Source: an archaeon (GTDB taxonomy: Archaea; Thermoproteota; Nitrososphaeria; Conexivisphaerales; UBA164). Taken from it: DNA of 64,000 bases. The notes beneath the pieces are model-generated. The model was not told where the DNA came from and did no database searches. It saw only the letters and a program-made list of their open reading frames with translations. Positions within the stretch are counted from its first letter, which is position 1. Each line of letters begins with the position of its first letter. Positions 37,123-46,906 of the stretch are shown in pieces. The position numbers and the translations under genes were made by a program. The stretch is from positions 43,575 through 107,574 of the forward strand of contig JAJYTP010000002.1 of assembly GCA_021792955.1 (NCBI GenBank). Direction: 5' to 3'.

Positions 37123-39898
37123 CCCCTTCAACCACTATAGCTGGCCTTAGAGGAAGCGCTAATCTAGCCCTTTCTGTATGTGATGGCGACGCCTTTGATT
37201 CCGCCAATATATGTATCTTAGCTCCTGTCTCCTTCTCGATATATTCGGAGGCCGATCTGTAAATAAGGAGTTCATCGATAGCGCCCTTCTTTATGGTCAT
37301 GCCCTGAAGGGGTGTCATTTCCCTGGATAGCTTATATATGCGCTGTAGCATTTTCTTGTCAATGTTCTGAACTAGCTTCTCTCCATTAATGATTTTCATC
37401 AGCAGGTCCTGTTTTTCCACTTCGGCAGTATATATGAAGAAGGACGGATCTGTAACCCTTACAACCTTCCTTATCTCCCTTATGTCATCCGTCAATCTCT
37501 TAACTAGCTCAACCCTGAAGTCCGCCTCTTCGATAAAAGCCATATCTGACGGCCAACCTCTGTCAAGCACGCTGCCAGAATTTCCGAGCCTCTCATTCAT
37601 CTCTTCCGAAATAAATGGAATGAACGGCTCCAATACCTTAACCCAGCCGTCGAGGAACTTGAGTATTGTATATCTATTAGGATCAACCTTCATATGCAGA
37701 TAATCTCGAAGGTGATTATTAAGGTCAAAGAAGGCTATTTGCATGGCGGACCTCGTGCTCATAGATTCTATTAATTCCCCTATCCTTGTGGCGCCAGTTA
37801 TTAACCTGTTTATAAGCCAATCATCCATATAATCATTAGCCAGACGCGGATCCTCCTTTTCCCCTTTAGAGGCGGCATAGATGTCAATAAGCTCAAGTAG
37901 TTTATTTAGCCTTTCCTTAAGGTTTTTCGCGTCTTCATCTCGCCAGTTAGCATCATCCATGTTTTCAGCGCTCATCAATAGGGTTGCCCTTACAGCGTCA
38001 GCGCCAAATTGAGCTATAGCGTTGTTTATGGTTAGAACGTTGCCGCGTGATTTTGACATCTTTAGGCCCTCCTTCTTAAGCATGCCATTAACAGAAATGC
38101 GGCGTGGCCATTTGCTTTCATCGAAAAGCGCTACATGATGAAAGATGAAAAACGTGAGATGATTGGGTACAAGCTCCTTAGCCGAGTTCCTCATATCAAC
38201 CGGATACCAATACAGGAACTCCTTCCTCATGGATTCAAGAAGGTCTTCACCGATTCCAACCTGCGCTGTTACCTTGGCTACATCCCCTTCTCCATATAAT
38301 ATATAGTCAAAGAAGGAAGGTGTCATCAATTCAGGATCAATAGCTTGTAGCAGGTGCGAAAATGTGTAGTAAGCCATATATACAGTTGAGTCGCTTAGAG
38401 TTTCGATTACCCACTTTTTATCCCATGGAAGGGGTGTTCCCAATCCGCTTGTCCTTGCGCAGGGGTAGTCATTGAGCCATGAAATAACTTCATTGAACCA
38501 TGGCCTCGCACTTTCAGGCATGATTTCCATACTTGAAAGGCATCGCCTGACATTATCCTTCCATTCCGTGTCTGAATATCTGAAGAACCACTGGTCAGAT
38601 AGCACCTTAACAGTGCATCTCGCAGTGCACCTGCAAATCACGGGTTCTGCTAGGTCAAACATGGAAGCGCCTAAGCCATCCTCCTTAAGTTTCCTGATTA
38701 TAGCGGCCCTAGCATCAGGGACGCTCATTCCAGCAAATTCTCCACAATTGCTTTTCATTCTTCCATCCCGGAACTCCTTGGAATATATCTCCTTGGTGGC
38801 CTCCTTAGCTCCTTCATCCAACTGCCCCCTAAGTTTCATCCTCTTAATCACATCAAGCGCCGGCAGGTTACCGTAGCCTTTCACCTCTATTATCGATATC
38901 GGCTCGATGGCGCCCTCCTTAAGATCCAGTAGGGCAAGCATATCGAATGGAGCGTGCGCGGGAACGCTGAATACGACCGCAGTTCCTAAACTGGGATCTA
39001 TGAAATCTGCCTTTAGGATAGGAACCTCTGCGGACTTGATAGGCACTATACATTTCCTGCCTATCAACTCTGAACCCTTAAATCGCCTTTTTATTGTGAC
39101 ATTAAAGAGCTGGTTCTCCAATTTGATTATCGCTTCAGCCCCTACTATCCAAATCCTTCCGTTTACTTCAGCCTCTACATATTCAGCATCCGGGGATATC
39201 CAGATATTAGTAGTGCCGTAGAGGGTCTCTGGCCTCAGGGTCGAAGCCACCAAAAACTTCTCTTCGTCAGCCAGCTTAAACAGAATTAGTGAAAATTCTT
39301 GGGCAAAAACACCTTCACCGGTCAATCGGTCATGGTCCCCAACTGGGCTTTTGTCCCTAGGACACCAGACCACCGGGTGCGTTCCCTTGTTTATGTAACC
39401 TTTCTCTTTAAGGGCAAGGAATTGCCATTCCACGAACTTGCTAAACCGTGGGTCGTCGGAAGTTGTATGAAACTCCCTTCGCCAGTCAATAGATATTCCC
39501 AAAGATATTAGGGCGTCACGGTTCCTTTCAGTATAATACCTAGCCATAAAAAGCGGATCTTTGAATTTAGCCAGCGTTTCTTCATCAACGCCGTCAATAT
39601 CCCTGAACTCCTTTATCATGGACTCATCGCCCTTAGCCAGCCTTGATACCGCTGACGTGATCGATTGGCCGGTCCACTGCCATCCCTGAGGAAACAGGAC
39701 GTTGAACCCCTTCATCCTTTTATATCTTGCATAGACATCCAGTTTAATGACGGTAAAGGCATGCCCTAGGTGAAGGGGGCCGTTCATATATGGTATAGGG
39801 AAGGTCACTAATACCTTCCTTCTGTTATAATCGACCTCCGGCTCGAACATGTGCCGTGACCGCCAGAGGTCTATCCACCTTTTCTCCGTCATTACCAA
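37109..39898 (-). CDS. leuS: Leucyl-tRNA synthetase (archaeal type)
   Basis: PYMNGPLHLGH, TLRPET, GTAVVFSVPAHAPFD, IETLSDST, KMSKS. Confidence 0.97.
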   Translation of the reverse strand: MVMTEKRWIDLWRSRHMFEPEVDYNRRKVLVTFPIPYMNGPLHLGHAFTVIKLDVYARYKRMKGFNVLFPQGWQWTGQSITSAVSRLAKGDESMIKEFRDIDGVDEETLAKFKDPLFMARYYTERNRDALISLGISIDWRREFHTTSDDPRFSKFVEWQFLALKEKGYINKGTHPVVWCPRDKSPVGDHDRLTGEGVFAQEFSLILFKLADEEKFLVASTLRPETLYGTTNIWISPDAEYVEAEVNGRIWIVGAEAIIKLENQLFNVTIKRRFKGSELIGRKCIVPIKSAEVPILKADFIDPSLGTAVVFSVPAHAPFDMLALLDLKEGAIEPISIIEVKGYGNLPALDVIKRMKLRGQLDEGAKEATKEIYSKEFRDGRMKSNCGEFAGMSVPDARAAIIRKLKEDGLGASMFDLAEPVICRCTARCTVKVLSDQWFFRYSDTEWKDNVRRCLSSMEIMPESARPWFNEVISWLNDYPCARTSGLGTPLPWDKKWVIETLSDSTVYMAYYTFSHLLQAIDPELMTPSFFDYILYGEGDVAKVTAQVGIGEDLLESMRKEFLYWYPVDMRNSAKELVPNHLTFFIFHHVALFDESKWPRRISVNGMLKKEGLKMSKSRGNVLTINNAIAQFGADAVRATLLMSAENMDDANWRDEDAKNLKERLNKLLELIDIYAASKGEKEDPRLANDYMDDWLINRLITGATRIGELIESMSTRSAMQIAFFDLNNHLRDYLHMKVDPNRYTILKFLDGWVKVLEPFIPFISEEMNERLGNSGSVLDRGWPSDMAFIEEADFRVELVKRLTDDIREIRKVVRVTDPSFFIYTAEVEKQDLLMKIINGEKLVQNIDKKMLQRIYKLSREMTPLQGMTIKKGAIDELLIYRSASEYIEKETGAKIHILAESKASPSHTERARLALPLRPAIVVEGARLS

Positions 39899-40052
39899 AG
39901 AATCAAATGCTGATCTTATAAGCTCTTAGTTTCCACTGGAATAGAGTCTCGATATGGGCCTTTGTTGATTATATGGTCATGGGCACCAAAAAATTAGCGG
40001 ACTAAGATGAACCAGAAGTATCAGGCATCGCATGCGCGATTGCTCTAATAGA

Positions 40053-40126
40053 AGCCCCGGGCGAGGTTTGAACTCGCGGCCCACAGCTTACAAGGCTATT
40101 GCTCTACCAGGCTGAGCTACCGGGGC
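40053..40126 (-). tRNA. tRNA-Thr(TGT), intronless
   Basis: GCCCCGGTAGCTCAGCCTGGTAGAGCAATAGCCTTGTAAGCTGTGGGCCGCGAGTTCAAACCTCGCCCGGGGCT folds into a cloverleaf with anticodon TGT. Confidence 0.96.
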
Positions 40127-40420
40127 ATTTTTAACAAGGCTTTCATCAACTAGATATTTAAATATTTGATTGAACTCTTCATCATGTAAAACGAACAGCT
40201 CATATGATTTATCTTCCATAGCCCTTTTTACGGCTTGTATATGTACACATTCTCCGATTGACCCTTTTATCACTCCATTATAATGGCTATAACAGGTACA
40301 GCTATTGCCGGTGACTAGGTAATCGGACCCTTTTCCTACAACCACCATGAGATTATTGCCGGATGGGGAGAATAAGAGCTTTTTTACAGATTGTTCGTAT
40401 TGCCTGTGATTATGTTTCAA
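40088..40420 (-). CDS. SWIM zinc-finger protein whose 3' end overlaps tRNA-Thr
   Basis: VVGKGSDYLV..SCTC...ECVHIQA; start taken as TTG 40420 (track start 40459). Confidence 0.8.
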   Translation of the reverse strand: MKHNHRQYEQSVKKLLFSPSGNNLMVVVGKGSDYLVTGNSCTCYSHYNGVIKGSIGECVHIQAVKRAMEDKSYELFVLHDEEFNQIFKYLVDESLVKNAPVAQPGRAIAL

Positions 40421-40862
40421 CGGTACCCACCTTAAAGGCGGAGATGGGGAACTCCTCATTTATTATGAAATATAAACCATCTCCCGCAATTTCATATTTC
40501 CTGAAAAATCTATCTGATCCCTTGCCGAAGGAAATCAGCTTCTTCTCGACGCCCTTGTGCTCAGACTTGATAATGCCGCCTAGGGGTATACACCGGCCTT
40601 TAACTTTTGCAAGTACGGAGGAAGAGCATACCTTTTTCATTATCTTTGTATCGGCATAACAGACCACCGTCCCATCAGGCTTGATGAGCGTCGATGTCCT
40701 GGCTATAGATTCATCGTTCTCCTCCTGCCTTAGCACTATGACCTTAATCTCTTCATTAAAGAAAGCTGATAGAAGTAGCTGGTTTGTGCCATCGTTGAAC
40801 AATATCATCCTTTCCACGGGTTCCAGAGTTTTTGCCCCAGATCTATTTCCTGTGGGAATCAT
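40410..40862 (-). CDS. Chorismate pyruvate-lyase-like (DUF98/UTRA-fold) protein
   Basis: ERMILFNDGT...LLSAFF, IPLGGII, RKYEI...FIINEEFP. Confidence 0.7.
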   Translation of the reverse strand: MIPTGNRSGAKTLEPVERMILFNDGTNQLLLSAFFNEEIKVIVLRQEENDESIARTSTLIKPDGTVVCYADTKIMKKVCSSSVLAKVKGRCIPLGGIIKSEHKGVEKKLISFGKGSDRFFRKYEIAGDGLYFIINEEFPISAFKVGTVET

Positions 40863-41482
40863 AGAAGATGCACCGTTGCGTCGTATATAAAAAGTCCTAC
40901 ATCCAGTACTCCAGGCAGGCCCCTCAGGTCGTAATATGCTTGCCTTGCGTCCTTGTATGACACATCGAATAAAAAGTTTCCATTTTCACTGACCAATGGA
41001 TAACCCTTTTCATTGGTTCTTAAAGTAGCATGCATACCCTTCTTTTCAATCAACTTTTTTAAAATATACATCGAAAATGGAAGGAATTCCACAGGAAGGG
41101 GAAGTGACAGATCCTTTACCATCCTTTCCTTTTTGATAAATACATGGACGTTATCAGAAGCCTCCCAAAGGACTCGCTCTCTACCAAGCGCGCCTCCGCC
41201 CCCCTTGATGATCATACCACCTTCGGTTAACTGATCAGCTCCATCCACGACTATGTCCAGTCGATCGAGTTCACTTGGAGATAGCATAATAAAACCCGCT
41301 GATGAGGCTGCTATGGCTATCTGAGTAGAGCTTGGGATACCCATAATGGTTATGCCATCCATCCTTGCTTGGAATCCTAACTCCTCAGCTACCATCTTAG
41401 CTGCGGAACCACTTCCAAGCCCAACCGTGATATCCCTCCTGCCTCTAAGGGCCTGTTTTACAAAGTTCTTAATCTCTTCCAC
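40859..41482 (-). CDS. rpiA: Ribose-5-phosphate isomerase A
   Basis: VGLGSGS, VDGADQ, IKGGGGAL.RE, SENGNFLFD, PGVLDVGLF. Confidence 0.93.
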   Translation of the reverse strand: MEEIKNFVKQALRGRRDITVGLGSGSAAKMVAEELGFQARMDGITIMGIPSSTQIAIAASSAGFIMLSPSELDRLDIVVDGADQLTEGGMIIKGGGGALGRERVLWEASDNVHVFIKKERMVKDLSLPLPVEFLPFSMYILKKLIEKKGMHATLRTNEKGYPLVSENGNFLFDVSYKDARQAYYDLRGLPGVLDVGLFIYDATVHLL

Positions 41483-41633
41483 GAATGTCGTTTGCTGTAT
41501 ATCGTTAAAAACTTTCTTGAATCGTGTTACTCAAGACTATGATAGTGTGGAACGTACACATACATAAGTCAAAGGTTGTAACCTACAATCAGTTTGAGTG
41601 CGGTTCACAGGTTAAGGGCTGGTTTTATCATAA

Positions 41634-41864
41634 TTACGAGTTATCATTACTTCCAGTTACCTGCTGCGTATCCTTCTTGTTTGCCGCCATATAGTCTTCT
41701 GCATCAATTTCTACATACACAGACCCTTTATAACCGCACTTTTCACAATAATAATATTCTGGGGTCATCCATCCGCTCATAGATGAAGTTTGGCCAAGCT
41801 TTCCCCCACATTTTGGACATACCTTAACGGTAGGCTCTAATGGGTCTTTCCAATGGAATTTCAT
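41634..41864 (-). CDS. Small zinc-ribbon protein coupled to aIF1
   Basis: CPKCGG...GWMTPEYYYCEKCGYKG; ATGA overlap with aIF1 stop. Confidence 0.75.
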   Translation of the reverse strand: MKFHWKDPLEPTVKVCPKCGGKLGQTSSMSGWMTPEYYYCEKCGYKGSVYVEIDAEDYMAANKKDTQQVTGSNDNS

Positions 41865-42169
41865 TGCATTATAATACTGTCCTGCTTGAACCCCAGGCCT
41901 ACAAGATACTCCGTTATCTTATCACGGTGATCTCCTTGTAACATGATTTGACCATCCTTCACTGATCCACCGCACGCCAATTTTTTCTTCAATGTTTTAG
42001 TTATATCGTCAATATCCAGATGCTTCGAATCGCCTATCTCAAGCAATGTAATAGGCTTGTTAAATCTCCTCCTTTCTAGCCTCACTATTATCCTTGAACT
42101 CTCCCTATCAAGTTCGTCACAGACGCACAGTTCCTTTGGAAGTCCGCACCTTTCACAAATTTCCCCCAT
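41861..42169 (-). CDS. Translation initiation factor aIF1 (SUI1)
   Basis: CGLPKELCVC, LKKKLACGGSVK, LQGDHR. Confidence 0.95.
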   Translation of the reverse strand: MGEICERCGLPKELCVCDELDRESSRIIVRLERRRFNKPITLLEIGDSKHLDIDDITKTLKKKLACGGSVKDGQIMLQGDHRDKITEYLVGLGFKQDSIIMQ

Positions 42170-42371
42170 TAAGTTCTCTACGAGGACTAGTTATGATGGT
42201 GTATTTAAATATATCCTAGTAAGCGATTGTTTCGCTAAAAGCAGTTAGAAATAGTCCCGAAAGGCTAAGCCTGATCTGGCATCTTTAAGATACACTCAGC
42301 ACGATTTGATCCAAGGGCTATCATTGCGCCGAAAGGGTTAAAAGACCGTTTAATTTCATTTCCTAAAGGTA

Positions 42372-43634
42372 TTGATACCGGTTTTCGAGTTTTTTTTGCT
42401 GGCCAGCCTGATAATATTTATTGGGTTCTTCGGCAACATATTTTTCAGGAAGACCGGGTTCCCCGAAGTCCTCTTTCTCATAGCGGTAGGGATAATAATA
42501 GGGCCGCTGTTCAAGATCATACCGACATCAATAGCTTACAGCATTTTACCCTATTTCAGCGACTTGACTTTAGCTATGATCCTCTTTAATATAGGAATTC
42601 AGCTAGATCTTCGAAGCCTGTTTCAGGAAGGTATCAGGGCCATAGGAAGGACTGTCCTATATGTTTCCATAAGTGTGATAGTCATATTTTTCATATTTAG
42701 CCATATATTTAACTGGGGAACCTATTCCTCTCTTCTGTTAGCCGTGATCATTGGTGGGGAAACCACTACAGTGGTGGTGCCGGAGCTGGTACGAAGCCTG
42801 GCCGACAAAAGGCTCTTCACCAACCTCACCATCGAGTCGGTGCTAAATAGCGTCATACTGATAGTTTTATTCTTCGTCTTCCTCAATGGTTTCCTGAACT
42901 CTACGCCGATCAGCCTTGCGGGAGCGACGGATCTCGTTGGGTCCTTTTTTTCTCAGTTCTCAATAGGGATAGTAGTCGGATTGATTGCCGCCATAGTGTG
43001 GGTAAAGTTCTTACAGTTGGTAGGCGTTGAAAACTATTTCTATATAGCTACAATAGGTTATGTGCTTCTGATATACGAGTTTGTGGAGCAGATAGGCGGA
43101 AGCGCCATACTCGCGGTGCTAACGATGGCGATAACCATGGTCAATCTCAGATTTATAAGCGACCCGCTTTCAATATATCTGGATATACCGAAGAGCGCCA
43201 AACAATATATTATAGACTTTCAAGGGGAAATATCATTCTTCCTAAAGACCTTCTTCTTCCTTTTCTTGGGCATGGTGCTATCCGTGTCCTCTTTTAGCAG
43301 CCCCTTAACATATTTACTGGCTGGCATAGTTATCGTTGTACTGGCCCTTTCTAGGTTAACGGCAATACAGCTGGTTAACAGGGATAAAAGTGCAGAAGAT
43401 AGGAAGCTAATATTTTACATGATGGCGCAGGGTTTAACCCCAGCCGTGCTAGCTACCACCCTGCTGCTCTATCCGGTCCCTCATAGGGAGGGAATAGTCC
43501 TCATTACTACACTTGTGATAATAATCACTAATATAATAACGACCATCGGATCCGTCAGGTTTAAGCAGGGATGGAACAATTTGAATTTTAACTCTAAGAA
43601 AAATTTGAACAAGGCCGAACCTGATAATTCATAA
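42372..43634 (+). CDS. CPA1 cation/proton antiporter (NhaP-like)
   Basis: Many TM segments; ESVLN, EISFFLKTFFF, GLTPAVLA. Confidence 0.85.
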   Translation: MIPVFEFFLLASLIIFIGFFGNIFFRKTGFPEVLFLIAVGIIIGPLFKIIPTSIAYSILPYFSDLTLAMILFNIGIQLDLRSLFQEGIRAIGRTVLYVSISVIVIFFIFSHIFNWGTYSSLLLAVIIGGETTTVVVPELVRSLADKRLFTNLTIESVLNSVILIVLFFVFLNGFLNSTPISLAGATDLVGSFFSQFSIGIVVGLIAAIVWVKFLQLVGVENYFYIATIGYVLLIYEFVEQIGGSAILAVLTMAITMVNLRFISDPLSIYLDIPKSAKQYIIDFQGEISFFLKTFFFLFLGMVLSVSSFSSPLTYLLAGIVIVVLALSRLTAIQLVNRDKSAEDRKLIFYMMAQGLTPAVLATTLLLYPVPHREGIVLITTLVIIITNIITTIGSVRFKQGWNNLNFNSKKNLNKAEPDNS

Positions 43635-43793
43635 ACTACAGAATCAAAAACCTCCTTTTCCACACATGATATAAAAACCTTATACCTAATTGAAACCATA
43701 TAAGCATAAACGAGCTCATTAATGTTGGCTGCTCATGGTCAAATCGTTCTCTGTTTATAGTCGGAATATAATGTGCCCTATGTCGGAAGAAGG

Positions 43794-43868
43794 CGGGCCC
43801 GGTGGGATTTGAACCCACGGCTTCCGGCTTCGCAGGCCAGCGCCCTATCCATCCTAGGCCACGGGCCC
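43794..43868 (-). tRNA. tRNA-Arg(GCG), intronless
   Basis: GGGCCCGTGGCCTAGGATGGATAGGGCGCTGGCCTGCGAAGCCGGAAGCCGTGGGTTCAAATCCCACCGGGCCCG cloverleaf. Confidence 0.96.
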
Positions 43869-44393
43869 ATCCTTTAAATGGCGTTCAAAGCCATATTTAA
43901 ATGGAATGCGAGGCAAAGCTTTGAGCAGCCGTGCTAGAGGGCTGGATGATTTAGAAACGTCCAATAAGGAGGAAATGTGGTCAGGCCGTAATGGCGTCAT
44001 TAGAGGGGGTGGTGTTGCAACACTGCTAGGAGCGCCGGTCGCCCTAATTATTGCATTATCACTTGTACTAAACATCCAACTAGCTTCTCCTATAGCTGGT
44101 CGGTTGAGTCTAATTTAACAAAATGCTATGCCCTTCAAAGGGCATGTTAAAAAGGACCGCTGCAATTCCGGTTAAAAACTACCGGAATTATGTCAAGAGT
44201 ATATATTACCTGAAGGATCACCATAGTTATTGATCCAAATCCTTCTGCTCACAAACCTACTGAATGGCTACCCATAGATCTCCTCTTTCGGCTTAAAAAA
44301 TAAACAAGCGTAACGGCTGTTGTTTAACGGCCATTATCGGGAAATATTTATAGGAACAATAAGGGCTCGTCTTCAATGGGGTAGTTTGATATA

Positions 44394-45218
44394 TTGCGTA
44401 AAATAATCGACGCGCATATCCATCTGTCTGAACGAAAAAATGATATATTGATCCCTTACGCTAGAATTAACGGTTTGGAGTATACCCTGGAAGAGTTATT
44501 GCGCCTTATGGAACAACAGGGAGTAGCCAAGGGGCTCCTGCTTAGCCCTCCCCTCCAGAGCGGTGTGCCTTTACCAAATGAAGAAGTTATTGATCTTTGC
44601 AGGAAATCTAATCTGAAGCTCCTGCCGATCTTGACAGCTGAGCCTGAAACCGGGGCAATAAGGGCGGCGATAAAGCTTGCACAAGAAAACCGGGAAAACA
44701 TCAGGGGGTTCAAGATAAGGCTTGGATATGTTAACGCCTACGCGACGGACCCGATCTTCGACAAGCTCTACGACTTCGCCGAGGTCGAGCACCTGCCTGT
44801 GCTCTTCCATACAGGTGACACGGCCACTAGTAACGGAAGCCTGAGCCATTCGCATCCGCTCACGTTGGATGCCCTGGCTAATAAAAGAGAGGCATTAACC
44901 ATCGTCCTGTGCCACTTTGGCAATCCGTGGTTTCAGGACGCCGCCGAGCTTATTTACAAGCACCAGAACGTCTTCGCTGACATATCAGGCCTTATAACCG
45001 GAGTAGGTAGATATCCAGAGAAATATATGGGCTGGGTTACCGAAAGGATCAACGAAGCCATTTACTACGCCGGTGGAACTGATAAGGTGATCTTCGGAAC
45101 GGACTATCCAGTTAGCAGGTATTCTGATGTCCTTCAATTGGTAGAAAGGTTGGACATAAGCGAGGAGGACAGGGAGAATATCCTATGGCGAAACGCGAGC
45201 GAGGTGTTCAGGCTTTGA
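44394..45218 (+). CDS. Amidohydrolase_2 family metallohydrolase
   Basis: IIDAHIH, PVLFHTG, LCHFGNPW, DISG, FGTDYP. Confidence 0.9.
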   Translation: MRKIIDAHIHLSERKNDILIPYARINGLEYTLEELLRLMEQQGVAKGLLLSPPLQSGVPLPNEEVIDLCRKSNLKLLPILTAEPETGAIRAAIKLAQENRENIRGFKIRLGYVNAYATDPIFDKLYDFAEVEHLPVLFHTGDTATSNGSLSHSHPLTLDALANKREALTIVLCHFGNPWFQDAAELIYKHQNVFADISGLITGVGRYPEKYMGWVTERINEAIYYAGGTDKVIFGTDYPVSRYSDVLQLVERLDISEEDRENILWRNASEVFRL

Positions 45219-45706
45219 TACAAGACAGCGGCCTCTTGGTGGTTGACTATCCTCCCGAGAAGAGGAAGGCGCTAGAGGGGTTGCTCGAAGAGAGCTTTGA
45301 AGGTTGGTATCTCAGACATTCAAAAAGGACTATCCGGAATATTGAAACTGTAAAGGCGGCCCTGAGGTCAGGAGCACCGGTGGGCTTGACCATGCTTAGG
45401 AAGCTGTATGAGCGCTATGGCTACGTCTTCTACATAGCGGTTGCGATGGGGGAACGGAAAAAGGGGGTGGGCGGAAGGCTTTTGGATGAAGCGCTGGCGC
45501 ATTTTGGGAGGCTTGGAATGATAGGCGTGTACGCGAGCGTGGAGGAGGACAACGAAGCTTCAAGGAAGCTGTTTCAGTCTAGGAAGTTCGTCCGCATCGG
45601 CTTCGGGGATGAATCAAGGAAACATGGTTTATTCAAAGCTTTAATGATGTATAGAGCCATGCGCGTCGTGCCAGGAGAGATTTTGCTGTACAGGGACCTT
45701 GGCTAG
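45215..45706 (+). CDS. GNAT family acetyltransferase
   Basis: YIAV...RKKGVGGRLL, NEASRKLF; TTGA overlap with upstream stop. Confidence 0.85.
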   Translation: MIQDSGLLVVDYPPEKRKALEGLLEESFEGWYLRHSKRTIRNIETVKAALRSGAPVGLTMLRKLYERYGYVFYIAVAMGERKKGVGGRLLDEALAHFGRLGMIGVYASVEEDNEASRKLFQSRKFVRIGFGDESRKHGLFKALMMYRAMRVVPGEILLYRDLG

Positions 45707-45917
45707 TCAGCCACTTCACACCATGGGCTTCCGGTATTCATGGTAAGCTTAATCCAGAAGTTAATCCGCCGCCTTCAGGGCCCCATCTACGATCGGATAT
45801 TATCAAAAATCAATTATGGCTGAATAGAACTGTGTATAAATGCCTGATCTGTTTGACTCTAATTTGCACAGTGTTAAGTGGGCGTGTCAGGATTTCAATT
45901 TTTATAAAAAATGGGGG

Positions 45918-46340
45918 TTAAATAACCCCGAGGAATCCGATTAGGTGGTCTAGAGATATGGCTCCCGGGCCCAGCAGTACTAATGTCACCGATAACAACA
46001 GATATAGCACATCCATTTCATAACTGGGTTTCCCGGTGGATATATAAGGGGATTTCATCTTCATCCTTTTCATTATTATATTCGACACCATAAATATGGC
46101 AAAGAATATAGCCACTATTCGTGCAAGAAGACCAAAAATGAGCGTTATTCCGCCGAAAAATTCGAGGATAGTTGCTAGCACGGCGGTCCATGCGGGTATG
46201 CCCATGTTATTCATCCATTGTCCTGCCTGTTTTGCTCTATCCTTTAATTTTGGATAACCGTGAAGGATAAACGTCCCGCCCAGTACCAGACGATATAGTA
46301 GGAGCCACACTGTTATGAATACGCTGTAGTTCATATTCAC
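45918..46340 (-). CDS. DoxX family membrane protein
   Basis: RLVLG..FILHGYPKL, EFFGG...G..ARI, GPGAISLD. Confidence 0.92.
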   Translation of the reverse strand: MNMNYSVFITVWLLLYRLVLGGTFILHGYPKLKDRAKQAGQWMNNMGIPAWTAVLATILEFFGGITLIFGLLARIVAIFFAIFMVSNIIMKRMKMKSPYISTGKPSYEMDVLYLLLSVTLVLLGPGAISLDHLIGFLGVI

Positions 46341-46582
46341 CGTTCAAATCTATAAGTATACTATATAAACTTAGTAGTAATTTTGTACTGCATCCAAAAA
46401 ACCCTAAGACTTTGGGAAAACGGTAAAACTTCGACGTTTAGTAAAAAATACAACCGTTCCCCAAATAGCGGCCGCCATTGAACAGAAGAGGTATAAAAAA
46501 GGTCTCCGCTAGCTGGGCGGCAAAGCTGCGAAAAGGGAATAGCTGTAAAGGAGCGCTCACTGGTTTTAGTAATTAAAGGGCA

Positions 46583-46906
46583 TCATTTCCACTTGTTCAT
46601 CCATTCAGCTACCTGTTTGATTATCAGTTTTAGATCATTTCCTTTTTCAGTTAGATAATATTCAACAAGGGGGGGTGAATCGGCCGAAACTATCCTCTTT
46701 ATTATTTCCTCCTTTTCTAGTTCCAATAATCGTTCGGATAGGCTCGTTGAACATATGCCGCCTATCCTTCTTTTGAGCTCATTGAACCTGGATGGTTTAA
46801 TCATGTCCAGCGAATAAATCAGGGGGATGGTCCAGGTATGAATCATTTTATCCCATTCCAGTAACACATGGTTGCACTGATCATCATTTGTAACTTGATC
46901 GCCCAA
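46583..46906 (-). CDS. HxlR family transcriptional regulator
   Basis: N-terminal Cys, WT..LI, RFNELKR, LSERLLELE, PPLVEYYLTEKG. Confidence 0.9.
   Translation of the reverse strand: MGDQVTNDDQCNHVLLEWDKMIHTWTIPLIYSLDMIKPSRFNELKRRIGGICSTSLSERLLELEKEEIIKRIVSADSPPLVEYYLTEKGNDLKLIIKQVAEWMNKWK

Noticed and set aside
41505-41620. Several 4-6 bp hairpins between the zinc-ribbon gene and rpiA
   Set aside because: Stems are short enough to arise by chance
41846-41858. Second ORB-like motif TTCCATTGGAAAG
   Set aside because: Falls within the first codons of the zinc-ribbon gene (FHWK) and mismatches the core; likely chance
43906-44118. 70-aa ORF with hydrophobic C-terminus next to tRNA-Arg
   Set aside because: Starts within the tRNA promoter region and has no recognisable motif; insufficient support
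22779-46430. Recurring GGTAAAACT motif at ~22779, ~32996 and ~46422
   Set aside because: Short, AT-rich and consistent with BRE/TATA-like sequence; not spaced like a repeat array
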